Part shown: piece after piece, positions 1 through 8,481 of the stretch
Layout of the letters: each line of letters starts with the position of its first letter
How positions within the stretch are numbered: the first letter of the stretch is position 1
Source: Catajapyx aquilonaris
Lineage: Eukaryota
Direction: 5' to 3'
Assembly (NCBI GenBank): GCA_000934665.2
Contig: JYFJ02001825.1
Span: forward strand, 48,693 to 68,692
Length of the DNA stretch: 20,000 nt
Made by a program: the position numbers and the translations under genes
Notes under the pieces: model-generated
What the model saw: the letters and a program-made list of their open reading frames with translations, nothing else
What the model was told of the DNA's origin: nothing
The model's database searches: none

Positions 1-2952
1 AATTTGCATTGCAGATGTGATGTTTCACTAAAGAACCTCCCAAAATGATCATCCCTGAGTTTCGTGCCCTCAATGCAATATTGTTGATGCGACGAATGTC
101 TGAAGGAGAAAATAAAGTGATGAGATTATGACAGTATGATTATAAGCTTGCATAATGATATACCCATATTGCAAAAAAAAAGTTACTAAAATTGCACAAT
201 TATTACAGTAAAACGTCTATAAGTCGAATCTCCATGAAAATCTCCTGAAAAAATCTTCCGAGTTATAGAAGATTCGAGATAGAGAAGTTTGAATTTTTTT
301 ACAGCACATAACTCTATAACAAAGCCTACCTTTATATCCAGCGGCGAAAGGTTTTCAAAACTTTAAAATAACTGTCGCTATCACACTTACAATGTTCCTT
401 GTTGTTTTGTTGTGAAAAAAAACTCTGCTATGGACATTTGCCTACTCTTAGATTCAAGGATTCAATTGTCACAATCGAGTCAAACTCTTCTTTCAGCAGA
501 CGGAGATCAGGAAAGAGCCTTTCTGTACACGTGGCCTACTCTCGACCTTTTGGCTGGAAAATGAGAAAATTTTCCTTACTCGGCAACATGAACTTCGACT
601 TAGGGAGACTGAAAATGCATTGATATCTCATCGTAAGGCCCTGCCAGCACTTCGAGTTATAGAAATTCGAATTAGGGAAGTTTATTCCATTGTGACCAAC
701 CAACCTCATAATTTTCTTCGACTGAAGGAAGTTCGACTAACAGAAGTTTTACTGTATTTTTACATGTTATTTAAAACATTACATGTGAATCTAGTGAAAC
801 CTGTTTATAATAGATCCCGGACAGAGTGAAAACTTCTCTGTTACAGAACCTTCCTTTGATCCTCGCGGAGGATTTCATGTGATAAACGATAAGTAATATA
901 CCTTGTGCAATGTCAATGATCAGCCCAGGATTCCTGTAAGAATGGAAGTAGATCATGTCTCCAAGGCTTCCATCCGTGAGTGCAGGACTAAACACAGGAA
1001 TCTTGTTCTTGGCTGCCCAGTAGTAGATGGAGTCAGGATTGTCGATTTCCTCTCCAAGGCGGGTAATTACTTTGGATGGAGACCACACCACTTCCCCGTT
1101 CCCCTGCTTCTGTTCCTCCAACATCTTGTCTAGCACTGGCATCAGCCAATCCTCAAAGAGGCAGTAATTGTCATTAGGGACTATCAAGTTGCCAATGCGA
1201 TTGATCCCCTTGTCACGCAACTCCCTTCCTGGCAAGTGGAAATCACCCAAGTATGTTGGGGCCATGCATTTTATTAAATCCTCTTCAATGCCACCTGCCG
1301 TTGTCACGAGACAATCTACCTAAGGAAAAGGGGACTGCTTTAGAGCAGTACATCTCATCATGACAATGAGTTACTTTGGTCCAATGATCAGCAGTCACCC
1401 ACTGATTAGAAGATGCTTTAATGTATTTTATAGTACCACTCACCAATGAATGTTGTACAAGGAACTTGATAGTCTCCCTGACTCCAGAGGACGCCATGTT
1501 GGAGGTGTATCCAAGGAATATGGTGCAGTTGGTGCGTCTCTTGACAAATTCATCCTCTTCCAATGTGTTTGCATCAGGTTCACTTGTCTCCTCTACAGGC
1601 TTGGACCGGCACTCCAACTGTAAGATTATTAATTATTGTAATTATTATTCCAAATTATCTTTATGACTACGAAGTAAATCCTTTAAAAAATCTTTTAGTG
1701 GGCACAGCATGAAATTCCCCTAATGCCTAATCAGACACTAATTCATAAAATCATAACCAGGGTAGTTACCATTTTGTTGATTTCATCTGCCGCCTGAGAG
1801 AAGCTGGTGGCCTGAAAACCACTCGTAGCAAATGACTTCAGGAGTGACTCATAGTCCAAGCCTTTGCTCCAGTCATAACCTACATAACACAACAAAAATT
1901 ATGCTGGAGTATACATGAGAAGGAGCACCAAACCAATTATTACATTGAAAAAAGAATGTTGGAATTTTTGATTGCTCAATAGAGGCTAAGAAACACAACA
2001 ACAACAACTTGATGAGTTTTTCTTTCAAGCAAATGGTATGTATACCTTTGACAATGACACTGCCTTCAGGAATATTTCCACTTGAGGATTTGAACACTGC
2101 AGCAGTTGCTACTTCAATGTTGCTTGATGCTGAAAACACACAAAAAATGTAAGCATAAAATTTCCATACAAAATATAAATAAATTTCACTTTTATTTAAC
2201 TGACATTCTGACCTGTTCATATTTGCATCAATCAGTTTTATAAAACTTATTAACTTATTTGTTTGTTGGAGTGGGAAAGGGCTAAAGCAAATATGCCTGT
2301 TATACATGGATTTTATAGGATACAGAGGTAGGACTGATGGAGATAGAAATGATGAGTGAAAGAAGAGAGAAGACGCGATATCTTTCTTTGTCTCTGTCCT
2401 GTCCATGAAAACCATCTTGAGCTACCCTGTCAGTAGAATTAAAATCATCATCATCATTTACTTCACTGCATAAATCCCGTTCAGGGATACCAGCGGAGTC
2501 CAGGTTATTTGTGACATTATTTTAATTTTGAGGTAGACAGAATTAAAATAATTGCACAAATTAATTATTTGAGATGCGAGTCACCAGCTATGTTTCCAGC
2601 AATGTAAACATGACACAATTCATTCTTAATCGTTCAAATATTACAGTGGAAAGACGACAATTAACTCACGTTATGCAACACAATGATAAATCATTCTTGT
2701 AATGCAGTCTGACTGGAATGATTACAATTAGCAACTGTCTTACACACTAGGTACACATGAATTATTGGTAAGTTCTCAGGCAGGAGTACCCCAACCTCCT
2801 ATACCGGTACCCCTGCATAAGTTTGAGTCAATTAGTAAGCAGGCACTACAACTAGCTGTATCGAAGCAGAAGTGGCGGGTCATGAACACCAGTATGATGG
2901 GGAGGGCCATCCTACCATCTCCGGATCCTGAGGCCATCCTTTGCTTCTCCAT
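1..2952 (-). CDS. DHPS: Deoxyhypusine synthase, spliced, 3'-truncated by the window edge. Coding exons 2952-2916, 2129-2046, 1879-1770, 1617-1444, 1319-902, 99-<1
   Basis: Joined translation [28 protein letters not shown]...VKGYDWSKG...SGFQATSF...[44 protein letters not shown]...GINRIGNL...[18 protein letters not shown]...DIRRIN...[19 protein letters not shown] carries the hallmark DHPS motifs. All introns GT-AG with matching phases (1,1,0,0,1). The first coding exon (ACCATGG start at 2952, donor G|GTAGGA at 2916/2915) is less certain than the rest. Confidence 0.96.
206..754. mobile_element. Non-autonomous Tc1/mariner-superfamily (pogo/Tigger-like) MITE, copy 1, in a DHPS intron
   Basis: Left end CAGTAAAACGTCTATAAGTCGAA and right end TTCGACTAACAGAAGTTTTACTG are imperfect terminal inverted repeats; TA on both sides (204-205, 755-756); subterminal CTATAAc/gTCGAA-type repeats; homologous along its length to 4964-5562 in the opposite orientation; no transposase ORF. 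Confidence 0.9.
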
Positions 2953-3182
2953 GGTGTGACTCTCCCCTTTCTTCCTCTTATTCTGGGGAGACGAAGAGGA
3001 CGACCTGCAAGTAAACGATGGATCAGTGCATGTCATGCTTCTTCAGACCAGGAAATGAGTGCTTGGTATATTTCAGCAGAGTTTCTTTTCCCCATTGACT
3101 GGGAGTGAAACAAACAGGTCTGCTGGCTTTTTATTCAAGTGGAACGCATTCTCTGCAGGCCTGACTGGCAGTCAGTACTTAC

Positions 3183-3360
3183 ATGCAGCATCTGACGACT
3201 ACACCGCAGCCTCGTTCTCCCGGGGAAGCGTGACTTGCCAGTGAAATGGAAGCTACAGCTTGCCCCTAGCTCGATTCACAGAATTTTTTTGCCTCAATAA
3301 TTCCACGGATAATTATTCCGCAGAAAACATGTGGCCGAAAGACGCCATTTTGAATCCATC
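3183..3360 (-). other. DHPS: Probable first, mostly non-coding exon of DHPS (TSS approximate), spliced to an exon starting at 3004
   Basis: Donor AT|GTAAGT at 3183/3182; branch-like CACTGAT and acceptor TTTACTTGCAG| at 3005/3004; 178-bp intron; lies directly downstream of promoter motifs. Confidence 0.6.
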
Positions 3361-3492
3361 CAGTGTGACGTCACTCAAATAATCACTTCGTTCTTCAGTT
3401 AATAAAATAATTATCATGTTAATGTAACACATATTATCCCGGAGAATTCACATGACATTCACGTGACAGCATTAATTTTTAACGCCATGTTT
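3343..3492. promoter_or_regulatory. Putative DHPS promoter, possibly bidirectional
   Basis: YY1/Pho-type AAAATGGCG (minus, 3351-3343), palindromic CRE GTGACGTCAC (3365-3374), E-box TCACGTGA (3459-3466), second YY1-like AACATGGCG near 3483-3491; CpG visibly enriched relative to the introns. Confidence 0.55.
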
Positions 3493-4413
3493 AATCAATG
3501 GCAATGCCATACCAGTGTAATCGACATGCAGTAATATTCCGTGTGCACCTCGCTCGATAGAATACAGCTGCGGGAACATGTTTTGCGGATTAATCAGTTT
3601 TGTTTTTTTGGCTCGATTGCTAGTCAACGCAGATTTATCTGGCTGATGATAATTATAAACATGAGTCTGCACTTTCAAACATAATTATGCTGCCACATCT
3701 CAATGCAGAATTATTGTGTACTGCCAATAATATTTACGATAAATTATAGTTCATTGCAGGGTCATTGCCACTGTTAATAAAGAGGCTTCCGTAAGTTTAA
3801 TTTGCTAAGTATTGTTACATAATAAGGGCATTTCCATGGGATGGCTAACTTGGAAAAAGGGCAATTGTTGATTTATTGTTATTGATGTTGATATTATGTT
3901 AATTGTTGAGGCGCCCGAGTAGTGAGAAGTTTTGGGAATATGCGTGTTGTGAGAGTTAGGCTCGTTTTCGGAAGAAGAAACATGCGCCATTAAATTCCTC
4001 GGAAAATGTAACCCCCGATGAGCAAGTTTAAAGCAGTGTGGGGGCATTCCCCTGGATTTCTATAGCAAAGCAACAAAGAAATCCACAAACTCAAAAACAA
4101 ACAAACTGATGAAACAAATAGTCATTTTCAGCCTGAACTCCTAAAATTTACATCACAGCATGTCTGAAACGGAGAGTAGCCAATGATTACGACTTACGAG
4201 GAATGACTTGCTGCAGTCCTGGCCATCTCACATTACAACATGCATTAACCTCTGAAGCACTAGTCTGGCTCACGCAGGAGAATATAAGGAGAGTAGCTAG
4301 AAGGGTCAAGATCAATAAATGTTGTGTGAGAATAGTCCATAAACAATCAATCTCAATAGAATAGAAAAAAAACCCTCATCAATAAATGAATGTATGTGAT
4401 ATGTACAACTTCA

Positions 4414-4419
4414 TTTATT
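4414..4419 (-). terminator. Polyadenylation signal AATAAA of COX11
   Basis: First AATAAA on the minus strand, ~60 nt after the COX11 stop codon (4483-4481). Confidence 0.55.
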
Positions 4420-4480
4420 ACGGGTGTCTCCACCTATCTCTTTTTTCCCCCCACTACAGGTAACGAATGAGAGGGTATCC

Positions 4481-7400
4481 TCATCTGGCATAAGTTGGGA
4501 CGGGCAGTTTGAATCCTTCTTTGGCTTCAAAAAAGGTGTAAGAAAGAGTGATGTTGTCCACAGCTTCCATAAGAGGGTCCTCAACAAACTCAGGGTCGAT
4601 GTAAAAGAATACAGGCATGTCAACCTGGGTGAAGAATCAAATACGGTCACAGATTACTATCAATTTGTGCATACACTTGTTTCACATAAAACAGAGAAAA
4701 AGCAATTAGCATTAATGATGCATTGGTAATAAGCACCCATACCTGAAAACTCAAAGCTGATTACCATTTACAGTATGCAACAAGAACAATAATTATTGTT
4801 TATACCAAGAGCTGTCAATACCAACTTGAATCCGTTACTTGATGCAGTTGTGTGGCTCAAGTAATATGATTCAGCTCATATTAAAGGTATAACTGGCATA
4901 ATAGGCCGGTGATATGTTAAAAGTAATCCATTGGAATTTCAAATCATTTCCTCAAACAAGATACAGTAACACTTCTCTAAGTCGAACTTCCCTAAGTCGA
5001 AGTTCTCTATAAGTTGAAGAAAATGATGAGCTTGGTTGGTCACAATGTAAAATAATAGGGAATAAACTTCCCTAACTGGAATTTCTATAACTCGTAGTTC
5101 TCCATAACTCGAAGTGCAGGCAGGGCCTTACGATGGGATATCAATGCATTTTCAGTCTCCCTAAGTCAAAGTTCATGTTGGCGAGTATGGAAAATTTTCT
5201 AATTTCCCAGCCGAAGGGTCCAGAGTAGGCCACATGTACAGAAAGGCTCGATTTCCTTATATTCGTCTACCAGATGTACCAAAAGAAGTGTTTGACTCGA
5301 TTGTGACAATTGAATCCTTGAATCGAAGAGTAGGAAAATGTCCATAACGGAGATTTTTTACACCAAAACAACGAGGAACATTGTAAGTGTGATAATGACA
5401 GTTATTTTTAAGTTTTGAACACCTTTCGTCGCTGGATATAAAGGTAGGCTTCCTTGTAGAGTTCTGTGCTTTAAAAAAATCCAAACTTCTCTAACTCGAA
5501 TCTTCTATAACTCGAAGTTTTTTTCTGGTCCCATGGAGATTCGACTTATAGAAGTTTTACTGCATAGTAACTGCCAGGTGTTTAAAAAATAATGTAGTAC
5601 TTTTTGTGAAGACACATCCTTAGTTCCACTGCATCCAATGAATGTACCCCATATCATCCAACTATCCAAGTGTTAATATAGTCTTTCCCCAGTTCAGATT
5701 AGTAATTGTTCCTTACGAATATCAGTGATTATGTTTAAAAACCATCACAATTGTTGCCATTACCTGTTCATGTGGGTTGAGCATTTGCTCCTCAAAGCAG
5801 AAGCACTGAATCTTGTTAAAATATTGCCCTGCTTCGAAAGGGATCACATTGTAAGTGCTGATCCCGGTGATTTGCCTGTCTGTTGGATTAGTTGCAGTGT
5901 AGAAAGCAAGGGCAGTCTCTCCTGGGTATATCTGCATGAAAATAAAATTTTCATCAATAGTTCCACATCAGTCTGGGGGGGAAACAAGAAGTCATGAGTG
6001 TGGACATTACTATCGATATAAGCAAACTATCACAGCAGCAAAAATACTATTGAAAATATAACTTCTCTCTGAATATTTAACAAGTAGGGCCTACTGTATA
6101 TCCATATACGTATTTCCTCATTCAACAAATAGGGTTCCTGTCTCTGGAATGTCTCCTTCTTCTGCTCTAGGTAGTGAATTCATACCACGACTTAATTTTA
6201 CTAAGCTTTGTTTAATATCGAGAAACACATTTTCAGCTAGAAATGACAAACATATATGCAAAACAGAAAAACTGCCCTAAATGTGTTCAGAGACACTGAC
6301 ATCAGAGGTGCTGATGAAGTTCTAAGCAATGCGGACCTCCACACTGATAAGCATAAAAAATGGAAATGATCTCATGCGCATCACTCATATTTGCTTGTAA
6401 CTCTACCTGATTGTGACAAGCTTTTGTGAATACTCGTAGTTTATTTATACCATGCAACAAAGATCCACACATTAATTAACCTTGATCATTGTCTGTTGAG
6501 GCTTGAACTTCCAGGTGAGACTTGCAGCAGTGTCTGCATTGAATCGGATTGTGATCAGTCGGTCAGCAACCTTTTTCATCTGAGCCACCTTCTCGGAGTC
6601 ATGTCCAACAGCTGTCGTTCCTCCATAGCTATATGCCTTCAAAAAGAAAATTGAATGAGGTACAGTATGAGGCCTGTGAATAATTATTTGCATATCCTAA
6701 TAATGAACATATTTTCATTTCACATGAACAATGAACATCACATCATGGAGAAGGTAGGTGGCAGAGGACTAATTACAAGATCGCAAGATAACACATGGTA
6801 TGACATTTTAAAATACCGTATTACCTCATTTAAAGAGGAGTGCCCATGTAAGTTAAAATGAGGTCGCCTAGCATGCCAATATAACCCAGGGGTGGCTGCC
6901 TTACTGCAATAACAGACGTAGATTTCCATAATTTTGATCCTTGTCAATTTTCTTGGAATGTGTCTGGTACTGTACTAAAATAATTTCACTGTAAAAAATG
7001 TGCGACTACAGGTCTACAGGGCCATGAGAATATGAAACTTCATTTATTGCACATAGCATAGGATGTGACCAATCCCATAATTATAGAGCCTGCTCTGAGA
7101 GGGGAACCCCCTCACTCTGCCATAAAGAATCCAGGCAAATTCCTTCAGTCCTTCATTTTGCTCAATAGTTCACCGGTTGCAGATCTCGTTGGCAATCAGA
7201 GGATCACTTTATGGAATGGTGTCAATTTTTACAAAATGCCTGGTTTGTTATGCAGATAATAAAATCGAATCCCAATGTATGAAATATCTTGGTAGTTATG
7301 CTTCCTTTCTTGGAGCCTTGCACCTTTAATTGAAAATATTGCCATAAAAGAACTTTAAGAATGATCTCATGGGATGCGTCAGGCAATAGAAGTGTCCTGG

Positions 7401-8021
7401 GCTGTATCCACACCATAGAACATGGTGCAATGCATTCATTCGAGTAATAATAATTATCACAGAGATCGTGATAATGCTTAAGAATACCTCACCTTACACC
7501 GGCATACCTCACTTGCCAGTATAGCCGATTGGCCGGATAGAAGAGCCATGTTCCTCTGGCCAGACGTTTGTGTGAGGTAATACAGTAAAACTTGAAAACC
7601 TGTCCGTGATGAGGGAAATCTACATGTGAGTACAGCTCATTACTCTTGAAAAACGGTTGCCATGACAAGATTTGCATTAGAAACCAAAACCATCACACAA
7701 AACAAATCTCATGCCAAGATAAAAGTACCGTACTTGGCAAAATATTCGGTAGAGTGGCACAGCAGCGTAACTCATTCCTATCGCCAAAACTCCAATCGCA
7801 GTAACATACAAAAAAATAGAGCTGCTTCTCTTTTGCTGCTGCCCATGCCAGCTCTTGGGATCTGCATCCTTCTGCGCGGGACCTGACTTAAAAAATCTCT
7901 GAGGTAACACACATGTCAATCTGGGAAGCGGATGACGTTTGCATGGACTTGCTCTCAGGTCCAGGATCAAGTGAAGGCCACGTCCAAGGAGGGACTTCTG
8001 AATGGAAACCCAACGCAGCAT
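4481..8021 (-). CDS. COX11: Cytochrome c oxidase copper chaperone COX11, 251 aa. Coding exons 8021-7734, 6636-6481, 5931-5764, 4624-4481
   Basis: Basic presequence-like N-terminus, TM segment ending SYAAVPLYRIFCQ, then RFNAD...WKFKPQQ, PGETALAFYTATNP...GISTYNVIPFEAGQYFNKIQCFCFEEQML (Cu-binding CFCF), VDMPVFFYIDPEF...ITLSYTFF. All three coding introns GT-AG, phase 0. Confidence 0.97.
4964..5562. mobile_element. pogo/Tigger-like MITE, copy 2, in the last COX11 intron, inverted relative to copy 1
   Basis: TIRs CAGTAACACTTCTCTAAGTCGAA ... TTCGACTTATAGAAGTTTTACTG; TA at 4962-4963, CA (one change from TA) at 5563-5564; reverse complement aligns to 206-754; more subterminal repeat units than copy 1. 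Confidence 0.9.
7296..7599 (-). CDS. Candidate hidden coding exons 7599-7493 and 7323-7296 inside a COX11 intron (alternative COX11 C-terminus or separate microprotein)
   Basis: Acceptor TTTCCCTCATCACGGACAG|, donor AAG|GTGAGG, acceptor TTTTCAATTAAAG|, AATAAA at 7048-7043; translation VFKFYCITSHKRLARGTWLFYPANRLYWQVRYAGVRCKAPRKEA*. Family not recognised. Confidence 0.45.
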
Positions 8022-8279
8022 TCTGCTGAGGGGGAAAAAAAAAAGATTAATTTTGTGCAACACGTTTCTGTACAATAACCACTCTCGCCTATTGCAATGT
8101 AGCTTGCCAATATATTTTGCTTGCACTACCATAAAAGTGCCTGCAAAATTAAATTACTGATCAGGCAGTGCTTTATTGCATTAATCCTGATTGAGCCCAT
8201 GTCCGTAACTCCATATGATATACTGAAATTCATTGCCAGGTGCATACTGTGATGCCAACTGCATCTAATCAGTATTTAC

Positions 8280-8380
8280 CTTCGGAAAACGACACAGGGA
8301 TTGCCGATTACCAGTCAGTCCTTCAAAAAACCAGCAGAAATTAAAGCCAACATTTTATCTGAATGTCGCCATCTTTTCAA
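8280..8380 (-). other. COX11: Probable first (5' UTR) exon of COX11 with two uORFs (TSS approximate)
   Basis: Donor AAG|GTAAAT at 8280/8279; tandem acceptor CTCAG|CAG|AATG at 8026/8023 after a long pyrimidine tract; uORFs MATFR* (8372-8355) and MLALISAGFLKD* (8353-8315). Confidence 0.6.
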
Positions 8381-8481
8381 AACTATTTCTCACCGGAGAG
8401 GCCACATTCCACTGAAATAGCGTCTCGATCGTGTTCTCGATAGTCACGTTCCGATATGATCCCTTCAGAAACCTGAAGCAC
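8367..8481. promoter_or_regulatory. Bidirectional promoter shared by COX11 (minus) and TTI2 (plus)
   Basis: Divergent first exons ~110 bp apart; YY1-type AAGATGGCG (minus, 8375-8367); two CTCGAT motifs at 8424-8441, one (TCTCGATA) a single mismatch from the insect DRE TATCGATA. Confidence 0.65.

Noticed and set aside
399..829. ORFs 399-623 and 620-829, and ORF 5257-5484 sharing [15 protein letters not shown]
   Set aside because: The shared peptide only reflects the two MITE copies; frames diverge outside it and there are no transposase motifs.
2880..2891. TGG TGT TCA TGA (W-C-S-stop) on the minus strand resembles the antizyme +1 frameshift site, tempting next to a polyamine enzyme
   Set aside because: Site is UCA-UGA rather than UCC-UGA, the +1 frame closes after 9 codons (DPPLLLRYS*), there is no antizyme ORF2, and it lies in the inferred DHPS intron.
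4970..5115. Short repeated units that could be mistaken for a CRISPR array
   Set aside because: Eukaryotic intron, tandem ~15-bp units without unique spacers, no cas genes; they are MITE subterminal repeats.
6011..6018. Perfect DRE TATCGATA
   Set aside because: Isolated in a COX11 intron with no nearby first exon; an AT-rich 8-mer is expected by chance.
6814..7035. TACCGTATT... start resembling another Tigger-like element
   Set aside because: No convincing matching right TIR or second copy in the window.
7581..7593. TACAGTAAAACTT matches the MITE terminus with TA
   Set aside because: Only 13 bp, no partner TIR or internal homology; falls inside the candidate nested exon.
8315..8317. TGA-CTG ending uORF MLALISAGFLKD as readthrough or selenocysteine
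   Set aside because: Extension gives no recognisable protein after splicing and I see no SECIS-like element.
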